Program-made: the position numbers and the translations under genes
Virus record (IMG/VR): IMGVR_UViG_3300037248_000024
Span: 34,051-98,050 of that record
Length of the DNA stretch: 64,000 nt
Reading direction: 5' to 3' (one strand)
Origin: a virus
Shown here: positions 1 through 8,653 of the stretch, piece by piece
Position numbering within the stretch: the stretch's first letter is position 1
Layout: each line of letters begins with the position of its first letter
Notes under the pieces: generated by a model
What the model saw: the letters and a program-made list of their open reading frames with translations, nothing else
Told to the model about the DNA's origin: nothing
The model's database searches: none

Positions 1-12
1 TGGTCCGCCGCC

Positions 13-285
13 ATGGGCCGCGCGAGTGCCGCCGCCGTGATCGGAGGTTTGGCCACCATGAACAGTCCCCTGGTGTTCACCGACGAAGTGAAATCCTGGA
101 TGGACCACCTCGCCGTCGAGTTGAAGGCCGCGTTCCGCGCGGAGTGGTCGGCGTTGAATGACGATGATCTCGCCTTGGCCATCCAGCGGCGGTTTGGCGA
201 CCGGATCACGAAAGAGGTCTGCATTCCGCACGGGATCAAGGACCTGGAGTGCCTGCTGCTGGCGTGCGCGGTGGCGCGGGAGTGA
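13..285 (+). CDS. hypothetical protein (may start before the window)
   Basis: ORF whose stop overlaps the next GTG (GTGA). Confidence 0.5.
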   Translation: MGRASAAAVIGGLATMNSPLVFTDEVKSWMDHLAVELKAAFRAEWSALNDDDLALAIQRRFGDRITKEVCIPHGIKDLECLLLACAVARE

Positions 286-653
286 GCGCCAAATGGACCA
301 TCGCCACCCTCAAGCAGCATTTCGAGGCGCTACGAAAGGCGGATCAGCGTGCGCTGGAACTACAGGCCAGGGAACTCAAGCGGCGGCTCAAGATACTCAA
401 CGGAGAACACGCCACACTCGCACAGATGAAGGATACCTACGTCCCCCGTGAGGTCTACGATCGCGACATGGAGCGGGCCAGGGAAAACGAACAGACCTCC
501 GCGACGGCGCAGGCCGCGGCATTACGCGAGGCCGGAATAGCGGCGACGGCCAACCGAAGGACCATGGTGTACGCTCTCGTGGGAGTCGCAATCGCGCTGG
601 TCGGCTGGGCGATAACGATCCTGTTCCATTTCATACCCGAGGCGCATCCGTGA
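282..653 (+). CDS. coiled-coil protein with C-terminal TM helix
   Basis: GTG at 282 overlaps the upstream stop; heptad-like N-terminus; hydrophobic VYALVGVAIALVGWAITILFHF. Confidence 0.65.
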   Translation: MSAKWTIATLKQHFEALRKADQRALELQARELKRRLKILNGEHATLAQMKDTYVPREVYDRDMERARENEQTSATAQAAALREAGIAATANRRTMVYALVGVAIALVGWAITILFHFIPEAHP

Positions 654-811
654 TGCCTGACGCCTTCACCATCCCCGTTCCCCGCGCCCTGGCCGAGCAC
701 ATCGTCGCGGAATGCGAGCGGCGCGGGATCAGCCACCGGTTGTGGTGGACCGAGGCCGGGGAGTTGAAGGCGCGGCTGGATCGGGTGCTGGCGGGGAAGA
801 AGCCGGAATAA
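653..811 (+). CDS. 52-aa hypothetical protein (MPDAFTIPVPRALAEH...)
   Basis: TGATG overlap with the upstream gene; read by eye, below the ORF-track cutoff. Confidence 0.5.
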   Translation: MPDAFTIPVPRALAEHIVAECERRGISHRLWWTEAGELKARLDRVLAGKKPE

Positions 812-967
812 TTACCGTCCCTTCGGATCAATCGAACGCGCCGCCGCTGATCGGGGAGTGTCCGGCGCGCGGCGCTGATGCGGGAAGCGGTGGCGTTGCG
901 GAGAAGGTTCAACACGTTCGATACGCTGGACATCATTGATCGGATGCCGGTGGTGGAGGAGTGAGGG

Positions 968-996
968 TTGCGCGGGACCGAGAGAAACGATAAAGT
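968..996 (+). promoter_or_regulatory. sigma70-like promoter
   Basis: TTGCGC-17-TAAAGT upstream of the CDS at 1046. Confidence 0.5.
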
Positions 997-1045
997 CCAG
1001 TCGCCGCAACATCGCGGCTGTGTCCAGCATAAGGGGACATTTGAA

Positions 1046-1423
1046 ATGAATCTCTCCGAGTTCAAAGCGTGGTTCGAAGGCTTCACGGAGTCCATGGAAG
1101 GGGCGCCGAGCGAAAAGGCATGGGAGCGGATCAAGGGCCGCGTCAAGGAAATCAAGGACGCACCACCTGTTGAACGCCACCATTTCCATGACTATTATGT
1201 GAGGCCATGGAAGCGATATTGGGATTACGATTATCCCAGAGCCCATCTTTCCACCGAACGGACCGCGACGCAGATTTTTTCGCATAGCCGATCCAGCGGT
1301 TCCATTGCCCCTGTTAGCCGTGGGCGTGCGTCAATGCTAGTCGCCTCATCTGAGGCGCCATTCGACTCCCGCGCTGAGTTCAATCGTCTCGGTCGCGCGG
1401 AGGCTCTGTCTCTGGCGAAGTGA
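1046..1423 (+). CDS. phage hypothetical protein (MNLSEFKAWFEGF...)
   Basis: AAGGGG RBS before the ATG; N-terminus typical of small phage proteins. Confidence 0.7.
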   Translation: MNLSEFKAWFEGFTESMEGAPSEKAWERIKGRVKEIKDAPPVERHHFHDYYVRPWKRYWDYDYPRAHLSTERTATQIFSHSRSSGSIAPVSRGRASMLVASSEAPFDSRAEFNRLGRAEALSLAK

Positions 1424-1436
1424 CCGCCATCGCAAG

Positions 1437-1476
1437 AAAGCAGGGCCGCTCGGGGCAACTCGGGCGGTTTTGCTTT
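1437..1476 (+). terminator. intrinsic terminator-like hairpin
   Basis: AAAGCAGGGCCGCTCGGG-GCAA-CTCGGGCGGTTTTGCTTT; the G.U pairs work on the + strand; lies between convergent genes. Confidence 0.7.
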
Positions 1477-1511
1477 GTCCGGCGGGCGGTTCTCGGATGC
1501 GGACGTGGCGC

Positions 1512-1706
1512 TTATTCTGGGGCGGCCATCTTCGCCAATGCCACCCGAACTGGACCAGGGATAGGCGCCTCCCCACGCCGGTACCGCCGCGCCGTTCGCT
1601 CATCGATCTCCAAACGCGAAGCGGCCCACCGATCGATATCCGTGATCGGTAGGCCGTCCGGCATTCCGGCGGCGTACAACGCCACCATGTAGGCGAGGCG
1701 GCTCAC
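1512..1706 (-). CDS. small HTH (Cro-like) protein
   Basis: AASRLEIDERTARRYRRGEAPIPGPV is a HTH recognition-helix pattern. Confidence 0.65.
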   Translation of the reverse strand: MSRLAYMVALYAAGMPDGLPITDIDRWAASRLEIDERTARRYRRGEAPIPGPVRVALAKMAAPE

Positions 1707-2098
1707 AGCGTTGCGAGCAACGCCTGCAAGTCTTCGAGAGATTGGCCTTCCAGAGCGGCATCTTGCTTGCGCGCCATGATGCCGAGAATCTTCTGCTTCT
1801 GTTCGGCTCTGGCGCGCGCTTCAAGGAGCGCCTTGTTTTCGGCCTTCTTGACCTCAATGACGTGCTTCACGATGTCGAAACGGAGTTTCTGCTTCGGGTC
1901 GGGCGTTTCGATGTCATCCAGGAAGTCTGGCGTATCGTGCTTCAAATCATTGTGAAGCGCGGTAGCGAGATCGTATAGGCACGGCCCGCGCGCGGCCTTG
2001 AACGGAAGCGCCCAAAGATCGTCGGCCTTCCACACGCCGCCGATGTTCGGCAGTTCAAAGTTAAGTCCCAGGCGTGAGGCTTGCTCGAAGATGTCCAT
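1703..2098 (-). CDS. conserved phage coiled-coil protein (MDIFEQASRL...DDLWALP)
   Basis: AAAGGAG RBS; family usually found next to the large upstream gene. Confidence 0.8.
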   Translation of the reverse strand: MDIFEQASRLGLNFELPNIGGVWKADDLWALPFKAARGPCLYDLATALHNDLKHDTPDFLDDIETPDPKQKLRFDIVKHVIEVKKAENKALLEARARAEQKQKILGIMARKQDAALEGQSLEDLQALLATL

Positions 2099-2112
2099 GA
2101 TGTGTACTCCTT

Positions 2113-4212
2113 TCAGAAAGTGACTTTGAGTGTGCGAGAGAACGCCCCCTTGACGCGGGCGATGACGTGGTTTCGTTGCGTTGACGAAAAGCCGAGGCCC
2201 GAGAGTTGGTTCACGGTCTCGTCCGTCCGCATCTTCGCGCCGACCATTTCCAGAACCTTGCGGTGTTGGTCGAGATCGGCGCGGAGAAACTCATTGTAGA
2301 AACCGCGCGCCGTGCCGTCGTTCTGGCAACCATCCAGCATGAAGAAATAGTGCTTGTTTCCGACGCCATGACCGTCCCAATGGTTCGGAGAAAGCATGGC
2401 GACGGTCACGCGGTGGAAGGCTTCGGTGTCGATGGACCAGACCTTGCGCGATACCGTGGTCATCGGGAGTGGACTGATTACGGTCAGGTTTCCGTTCTTG
2501 TAGTGAAGTTCCGCCACCACGACGCGTTCGCCTTGCCGCAACGCCTTGGGATAGGCGAAGCGATGAACTGACCCCTTCCAGTCAATCTCCGCCTCGAAAC
2601 CAACATCGGCGGTTTCTATCTTGGCGTATTGGTGGACGAACAGATTGTAAGTTCCTTCCGCCATACGATGCGCGGAGCCATAGAAGATATTCTCGACTGG
2701 TTCGCGCGTGCCGCGCCCAGGCGAACCACCACCAGCATTCATGTCCACGTCAAGTTGGCCACCGAGGCGAGATGGGCCTTTGTTCGCAAAGTGGATTTCG
2801 TTTCGGTCCGGCTCGACCATGTGAAAATCCAGGTCATCGAAATTCGACCACGCCAACCGGCAACACAGATCGCCCGACACATTGCCTCCGGCCTTCTTCA
2901 CGCGCTCCCGAATGGAATCCGCGAAGTCGCCGTTATAGGACCACGAAAAGCGGTTGTCCCATTTGAACAACGCTGCGGCCGACGCGTCGGCTGGCGCGAT
3001 CAGAGACACCAGATTGCCGACGTGACGATTCTCCACCATGACTTCAATCGATTCCGCCTTCGGAACGACATCCCCCAAAAACTTCTCAATGCCGATCTCT
3101 TCGACTTTATCGAAGGTCTTGGGCTTAACCGATGCCGTCGCGGCGAGGTCATCGAACACGCCGCCGCCTGACATCGCCTTTCTGGCGTTGCGATCCGCGA
3201 ACAGGATGTTGTTCACCGTGATATCGGTCAGGCGCGCGTAGCGGCGTTCCAACGCGGAAGTCAGGCCGAGTTCCGCGACAGTCGCTTTGGCGCGCTCGAT
3301 CATCGCCTTGGTGACAAGCGCGGTGGGACGCTTGTAATTCGCGGGCGCGACCATCGCCTCGAACTTCCGAACGGCACCTTCCATATCTTCGCCAGCGGAA
3401 AAGTCGATCAGCAACTGGCCGATGGATGTGTTTCGGATTTTGGAGACCGAGGCCGGGAGTTCCCCGATTTTCAGCCACACGAAATTGTCGCGATCTTCCG
3501 CCGCCAGCCTGTCGAAGGCGATCTTTTCCTGGCGGAACGTCGTCACGGCATGGCGATGTTCCTCGCCGCGATAGAGTGAGTTCTGGCCGATCAGTTCGAG
3601 AACGGTATCGGCGGCGTCCATCGTCAGTTCGGTGAGTGAACGCAACAGGACATCATGGGCCGCTTTCGAGTCAGACAGGCGTGGACCAATATCCTTTCCC
3701 GCGCATACTCGGCTGTTCGGAAGCGTGACGAAGAAATGCTCCCACGCCTTCACGACACCATCGGTGTCCTCGAAATTCTTGTCGGTCCCGACCTTGGCTT
3801 CGGTGTGCAGGAAACGGTTCTCGATGGCGCGTGCCTTGACCAGATCGCACATCGCCGTTGCTACGGCGTCATAGGTCGGATTGCCCGTGTAGATGTCCCA
3901 GATTGAGGTTAGTTTGCCGTCAATGATGGCGACCATATCCCCAATGGCGCGCACGAACTGACGGCAGCACGAACAGTCGTGCTCGGCGCGCTGGCGCATG
4001 ATCGGGTTGGTGCCGGGCGGGAAACTGGTGAGGTAGGTTGTCCAGAGCGCGTCTTTCTCAACTCCGGTGCGGAACAATTCGTACGTGGACATGAACCCAA
4101 ACTGAGCGGCGACGGCGGTTTTGATTTGGTGGAAGCCGGGATGATCCGGAATGGTATTCGCCAGCGTTTCAGCTTTCGCGGCGACGGCGCGACGGCCAAC
4201 GTGAGAGATCAT
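2113..4212 (-). CDS. 699-aa conserved phage protein with HDCSCC motif and YfaP/DUF2135-like domain
   Basis: Long ORF; EHDCSCCRQF; DLDFH...LDVDMNAGG...PVENIF; start moved to 4212 because the longer ORF overlaps the tRNA. Confidence 0.8.
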   Translation of the reverse strand: MISHVGRRAVAAKAETLANTIPDHPGFHQIKTAVAAQFGFMSTYELFRTGVEKDALWTTYLTSFPPGTNPIMRQRAEHDCSCCRQFVRAIGDMVAIIDGKLTSIWDIYTGNPTYDAVATAMCDLVKARAIENRFLHTEAKVGTDKNFEDTDGVVKAWEHFFVTLPNSRVCAGKDIGPRLSDSKAAHDVLLRSLTELTMDAADTVLELIGQNSLYRGEEHRHAVTTFRQEKIAFDRLAAEDRDNFVWLKIGELPASVSKIRNTSIGQLLIDFSAGEDMEGAVRKFEAMVAPANYKRPTALVTKAMIERAKATVAELGLTSALERRYARLTDITVNNILFADRNARKAMSGGGVFDDLAATASVKPKTFDKVEEIGIEKFLGDVVPKAESIEVMVENRHVGNLVSLIAPADASAAALFKWDNRFSWSYNGDFADSIRERVKKAGGNVSGDLCCRLAWSNFDDLDFHMVEPDRNEIHFANKGPSRLGGQLDVDMNAGGGSPGRGTREPVENIFYGSAHRMAEGTYNLFVHQYAKIETADVGFEAEIDWKGSVHRFAYPKALRQGERVVVAELHYKNGNLTVISPLPMTTVSRKVWSIDTEAFHRVTVAMLSPNHWDGHGVGNKHYFFMLDGCQNDGTARGFYNEFLRADLDQHRKVLEMVGAKMRTDETVNQLSGLGFSSTQRNHVIARVKGAFSRTLKVTF

Positions 4213-4259
4213 GTTCGTATCCAGCCCCTGAGAACCGCCGAGGACGCGCGGAGGCAAAA

Positions 4260-4334
4260 TGGTGCCCAACCAAGGATTTGAACCTCGGACCCACGGTTTA
4301 CAAAACCGTTGCTCTACCCCTGAGCTAGTCGGGC
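4260..4334 (-). tRNA. tRNA-Thr (anticodon UGU)
   Basis: GCCCGAC TAGCTCAGGGGTAGAGC A ACGGT-TTTGTAA-ACCGT ... GTTCAAATC ... GGGCACCA; cloverleaf with encoded CCA. Confidence 0.95.
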
Positions 4335-4337
4335 GTA

Positions 4338-4414
4338 TGGCGCGCCATCCACGGCTCGAACGTGGGACCTCCGCTTCCGAAGAGCGGCGCTCTATCCAAC
4401 TGAGCTAACGGCGC
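4338..4414 (-). tRNA. tRNA-Arg (anticodon UCG)
   Basis: GCGCCGT TAGCTCAGTTGGATAGAGC G CCGCT-CTTCGGA-AGCGG ... GTTCGAGC ... GGCGCGCCA. Confidence 0.93.
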
Positions 4415-4420
4415 GGGGCC

Positions 4421-4450
4421 ATCCTTGAACGGTGTCTGGATGGTTGTCAA
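4421..4450 (-). promoter_or_regulatory. promoter of the tRNA operon
   Basis: TTGACA-18-AAGGAT, then GC-rich GGCCCC immediately before tRNA-Arg. Confidence 0.55.
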
Positions 4451-4556
4451 CTCCAAATCGGACATCCTGTCCAATTATTTTCGGGAACCATGAGTATTTC
4501 CCGACCCTACCCCCGCCCCGCCGCCGGGCGCATGGTGCATCAGGAGGGTTGTGCCA

Positions 4557-4727
4557 ATGTTGCTGATCATCGTGCTGATTCTGTTGTTCGGAGGTCTCGG
4601 CGGCGGCTGGTACGGCTATCGTGGCGGATATTACGGCGGCGGCGGATTTGGCGGCATTGGGTTGCTGGTCCTGTTGCTCGTGCTGTTTCTTCTGTTCGGT
4701 GGCGGGATTCATGGGTTGAGGCATTGA
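4557..4727 (+). CDS. small Gly-rich two-TM membrane protein (DUF3309-like)
   Basis: CAGGAGG RBS; MLLIIVLILLFGGLGGGWYGYRGGYYGGGGFGGIGLLVLLLVLFLLFGGG; not in the ORF track; alternative GTG start at 4551. Confidence 0.75.
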   Translation: MLLIIVLILLFGGLGGGWYGYRGGYYGGGGFGGIGLLVLLLVLFLLFGGGIHGLRH

Positions 4728-4730
4728 GCG

Positions 4731-4916
4731 ATGGGTGAACCCGCTACCCGCGCGATCTATTTCGGCGTCATCGCATGGTTGGCGACCTGGGACGTATCCC
4801 TTGTGATCGGACTGGCGAACGGACCCCTGACGCTCGGGATCGCGCTGGATTTCATCATCGTGACGCTGTGTCTGTTCGCCATTCTGTGGCGGGCACCGAG
4901 GCCGTGGGCGGTTTGA
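4731..4916 (+). CDS. small two-TM membrane protein
   Basis: Hydrophobic 61-aa ORF 3 bp after the previous gene. Confidence 0.6.
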   Translation: MGEPATRAIYFGVIAWLATWDVSLVIGLANGPLTLGIALDFIIVTLCLFAILWRAPRPWAV

Positions 4917-4973
4917 TCTGCGTCGGGTGACGATCGGTTTGGGTTGGGGCGGCGGCGCAGGGGGTTGGTGGGG

Positions 4974-6002
4974 CTACGGACGATAACCAAGAATGTCAGC
5001 CAAATCCGCGCGGGCGCGTGACACGCGGCTTTTCATTGTTCCCACGGGAACACCAACCTTTTCCGCCATGTCCTCATAGGACATTGACGATACACCGATC
5101 ATCAGAAGCGCCTGACGATGTTCAGGACTTAATTTAGCCATGGCGGCTTTCAGGTCCAGAAATTCCATCCGGCTTTCTTGCGCGGGAGCGACTTTAACCG
5201 CCATCGCGTGAACGTCGTCAACGTCCTCGACCTCGCGCCCGCTTTTTCGAAAGTCGCCGTAATATAGGTTACGAAGAATAGTCATCAGCCATGCGATCAT
5301 GTTCGATCCGGCCTGAAATGACTCGGCATTCGCCCAGGCTCTCGCTATCGTATCTTGCACCAGATCGTCAGCACGAGATGAATTCCGGCAGAGCGACATA
5401 GCGAAATTCCGTAGACGCGGCATAAGGGACAACATTTCATTTTGGAATTCCGCCGGAACAGTTGGCGCGATAACAATCTCTTTGGTGGGGTTAGCCAACG
5501 CGAGACGTGCAACGGTGGCCTTATTTAGCGTCCCCCTTTTACGGCCAGCGATTCCAGTCCGGCGCAACACCCCCCGGAAATCGGACGGCCTATATAAATG
5601 AAGGAAAGCGGCGCGCGACTGAACTTTTGATGCTGTTATGTCCGAGCGACTAAACGTCAGATTGATCTTATCCGCGATTAAAGCCGGTAAAATTCCAGCG
5701 ACCCACCCCTCATGTAGGGTCGCATCCATCTCGGCTGTCCATACCTTGCGCCATGTCGAGAGGAATTCCGCCACCCTCGGCATCGTTGCCTTGCGATGCT
5801 GGCAACTTCCTTTGTGTCCCGCCGGTCGTCCACAAGGGCACGGCGGTCGCGCGACTGCCATCATGTATTTGCGGCATGTCGTCCAGTTGATGCCCGTCCT
5901 GACTGATGCCCGATGGTAGGTGACGCCATCCGAGGCTAGGCCACGGAGAATGGCGCGCGCGTCTTCTGCCAGCGGTATTCGTCTGCCTCCTAGCGTGCTC
6001 AT
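4974..6002 (-). CDS. ECF sigma factor (EcfG/sigmaT-like core) with long N-terminal HTH, Zn-knuckle and GcrA-like extension
   Basis: LMPRLRNFAMSLCRNSSRADDLVQDT...AWLMTILRNLYY (region 2) and SYEDMAEKVGVPVGTMKSRVSRAR (region 4). Confidence 0.9.
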   Translation of the reverse strand: MSTLGGRRIPLAEDARAILRGLASDGVTYHRASVRTGINWTTCRKYMMAVARPPCPCGRPAGHKGSCQHRKATMPRVAEFLSTWRKVWTAEMDATLHEGWVAGILPALIADKINLTFSRSDITASKVQSRAAFLHLYRPSDFRGVLRRTGIAGRKRGTLNKATVARLALANPTKEIVIAPTVPAEFQNEMLSLMPRLRNFAMSLCRNSSRADDLVQDTIARAWANAESFQAGSNMIAWLMTILRNLYYGDFRKSGREVEDVDDVHAMAVKVAPAQESRMEFLDLKAAMAKLSPEHRQALLMIGVSSMSYEDMAEKVGVPVGTMKSRVSRARADLADILGYRP

Positions 6003-6007
6003 GGCTC

Positions 6008-6055
6008 ATTATCCCGTCGGACCCGTTGACAGTCAATCCCGTCCTACCGTATAAC
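6008..6055. promoter_or_regulatory. overlapping divergent sigma70 promoters sharing palindrome TTGACAGTCAA
   Basis: Minus strand: TTGACT-17-GATAAT-5-ATG(6002); plus strand: TTGACA-18-TATAAC-6-ATG(6062). Confidence 0.8.
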
Positions 6056-6061
6056 CCCGCC

Positions 6062-6223
6062 ATGGCCAAGCCGAAGGTCCTGGGAGACCGTATCACCGTG
6101 CGACTGCCGACCGGAACGCTCGCGGCGATCAAGGCTTCGTTGAAGCCGGAGGAAACCATGCAGGGCAAGTTGCAGGCCGTGATCGTTCGCCTCGCTACCC
6201 GCGGCCAGGCCACCGCCGCGTGA
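6062..6223 (+). CDS. ribbon-helix-helix (CopG/Arc-like) protein
   Basis: RITVRLPTGTLAAIK is a beta-ribbon plus helix pattern. Confidence 0.65.
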   Translation: MAKPKVLGDRITVRLPTGTLAAIKASLKPEETMQGKLQAVIVRLATRGQATAA

Positions 6224-6528
6224 GCCCGATTCCCGTCGAGGTTCTGGCGTCCGTTCGTGCCCGTTCTTGCCGCCGTGCTGGCGCCTGCATCGCGCACGCC
6301 ATGGCCGAGACCGATACCGGCTTTAATGAGATGGCCGCCCGTCTCGGCGTTTCGGAACCCGCGCTCCAGAGACGGCTTACCGCGATGCTAAATGGAACGA
6401 ACACCGACCTGGATATCATTTCGGATATGTTGTTCGCCTGCGGATGCGAATTGAAAACCGGCGTCCAGAAATCGAATGAGGCAGTTGGTGCCGTTGTCGC
6501 CGGTGAAGGCGAGAGGGGCGCTGCGTGA
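6220..6528 (+). CDS. HTH protein
   Basis: GFNEMAARLGVSEPALQRRL. Confidence 0.65.
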   Translation: MSPIPVEVLASVRARSCRRAGACIAHAMAETDTGFNEMAARLGVSEPALQRRLTAMLNGTNTDLDIISDMLFACGCELKTGVQKSNEAVGAVVAGEGERGAA

Positions 6529-6676
6529 GCCTCTGGACCATCATCTACGTCGGCCTCGCCTGTTTCTTCGTTGGCGTATTTGCTGGCCAGGGCATTCGCG
6601 TGAACATCAACTATCTGGAACTCGCCGCGTATCGGCTGGTCGCGAGGCGGCGGTACGACAGGGAAGGGGATGTATC

Positions 6677-6925
6677 GTGAGGGAACTCCCGAAGTGGTTA
6701 TCGCCACGGACTCGTTGGGCGATCACGCAACCCGAGATGACGGCGGAACAATTCTTTGAGGCCCGGGTTTTTCTCAAGATGACACAGCACTATCTCGCGC
6801 GATTGCTCGCCGTTTCCGAACAATCCGTGCGCCGATGGGAACATGGAAAGTCTCGTATTCCGCGACCCGCGCAAACGCTGGTCCGCGCCATGGTCTGGGA
6901 TGAATTGCCGGAGAAGCCCGCGTGA
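6677..6925 (+). CDS. XRE-type HTH protein
   Basis: MTQHYLARLLAVSEQSVRRWEHGKSRIP; GTG at 6677 overlaps the stop of a small TM ORF (6525-6680). Confidence 0.75.
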   Translation: MRELPKWLSPRTRWAITQPEMTAEQFFEARVFLKMTQHYLARLLAVSEQSVRRWEHGKSRIPRPAQTLVRAMVWDELPEKPA

Positions 6926-6973
6926 GCCCCTGGGACGAACTCATGGCCGTCTGGCTTGGCGCGCGGGGTGGGT

Positions 6974-8010
6974 GATGGCATTCGATGCAACCATATTCCC
7001 CGGCAATAAATTTCTGCCGCCCGGTGTTGATGCTATGCAATGGTCCGCTGAGACCGGCACGCTCGCGCTGATGAAAGGCCATTGGGTTCGGTGGCCGTTG
7101 CCGCCCAGGCACGAACCAGAAGTTTTGGATGCCGCCCTCGCCGCCGAACTGGCCGAGCGGGCGCGGATGTGGGGGATGTGATGGCGATTACGCCGGACAA
7201 CCTTCGGGATCAGGGTTACCGAGAATATCCGGTGCCAGCCATAGACAAGTATGACCGACTTTTCCAAAAGCGCATCGACGATCAGGCTGGCGCTATGTAT
7301 TTTGTCAATTTTCGCGAATGGCACCATTCTGATGGCACCAATACTTACGATGCCGATATGTCATGCGAAACGGCGACCCATGGCCATGTCTGGGTCACGA
7401 TCAAAGAGGACACGATTGAAGCTACCGAAAACCGTGCCGGATTGATGTGGGCCGCCGCTGGTAGTGTTTATTATGATCTTTGATCTGGCAGCTCGCACAA
7501 CCGCCGCACCAGATGGAGGGACGCCGTGACTGACTACCCGTTCGAGCCGCCGCGCACAGCCGAAGACCTGGATTCGTTGAACGACGATGAAATCTGGGAA
7601 GGATCACGGGACTATCAACATGGTGATCCCGAGCCGGGGCTCAACCGAGGCCGCGCCTACTGGTACGGCTGGCATGTCGCGGCGATGAACCACGGCGACC
7701 GCGAAACGGATGATGCGATGCGCGATCTGGTGCGAGCGATAACCGTTAGAGAGAATGGTGTGTTGCGGATCGTCACGGCGCAGGAACGCATGAAAGAAAG
7801 GCATCTGCCATGATCGGTGAGAAAGAAGCCGCTGGCATGACGTATCTGACCTATAAGCGGGTCTTTTGGGCGCGAATGTTGGCGGCATGGGAGCGCTACA
7901 GGTCTGACCATCCGGAGCGCGCCGCATTCGTTCGCGAACGGACCGCCATCGCCAAGGAACAGATTGCGATCTGGGCCAATCCTGAACTCGACCGGAGGTA
8001 CAGGACATGA
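6974..8010 (+). CDS. four small hypothetical genes (about 6974-7181, 7181-7483, 7526-7813, 7810-8010)
   Basis: Abutting or overlapping ORFs with RBS-like purine tracts. Confidence 0.6.
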
Positions 8011-8480
8011 CCCTCCAAATCACCCCCGACCGATCCGGCTTCGAAACCCTGATGCGCGCCCGCGAAGGCGAAGTCCTGAACGTCTACGCCGACACCAAGG
8101 GTATCCCGACCTGCGGCATCGGCCACAAGGTTCTCCCCGCCGATAATCTGGAACTGGGTGACATCATCACGCAGGCCCAGTGCGACGCCTTCTTCGCGGT
8201 TGATGGCGACGCGGCATGGGAAGCGGCGGTTGCTCAGGCCGATCAGGCGGGGATCACTTCGGCGGCGTTTCTGCCGTGGCTGGCGAGTGTGAATTTCCAG
8301 CTTGGGACGAACTGGATCGCTAAGTTCGCATCGACCTGGGAAATGATTTGTGCCGGGGATTATGATGCCGCGGCGGATCATATCGGAACGTTGCCATGGG
8401 CGAGCGAGACGCCGGTTCGTGTGGCGGATTTCGCTGGGGCGTTGCGGGCGTTGCCATCCAAGGAGACCATCTTATGCTGA
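8007..8480 (+). CDS. endolysin, T4-lysozyme-like (GH24)
   Basis: REGEVLNVYADTKGIPTCGIGH carries the E-x8-D-x5-T catalytic motif; FQLG; W..ETPVR. Confidence 0.92.
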   Translation: MTLQITPDRSGFETLMRAREGEVLNVYADTKGIPTCGIGHKVLPADNLELGDIITQAQCDAFFAVDGDAAWEAAVAQADQAGITSAAFLPWLASVNFQLGTNWIAKFASTWEMICAGDYDAAADHIGTLPWASETPVRVADFAGALRALPSKETILC

Positions 8481-8653
8481 TCGCCCGTGCCATCCCCATT
8501 TTGGGCCTTGTTCTTGCTTTCTGTCAGGCGCTTGGCTTCGTCGAGACCGGGAATGGCTTTGCCTTCTTTGGTGCGCTGATTTGGCCGTGGCTGTCGCTGG
8601 CGACCTGGAATATCTATCGCGCCACACCCGCCACGCGACCGGAGGAAGGATGA
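8474..8653 (+). CDS. small two-TM protein (holin candidate)
   Basis: AGGAG RBS; two hydrophobic stretches; overlaps the endolysin stop. Confidence 0.5.
   Translation: MLIARAIPILGLVLAFCQALGFVETGNGFAFFGALIWPWLSLATWNIYRATPATRPEEG

Noticed and set aside
4260-4414. tRNAs as prophage attachment-site remnants
   Set aside because: Both are complete with CCA and have their own promoter, phage genes lie on both sides, and no integrase is in the window.
4484-4510. EcfG-type promoter upstream of the DUF3309-like gene
   Set aside because: GGAAC is present but there is no CGTT-like -10 at 16-17 nt spacing.
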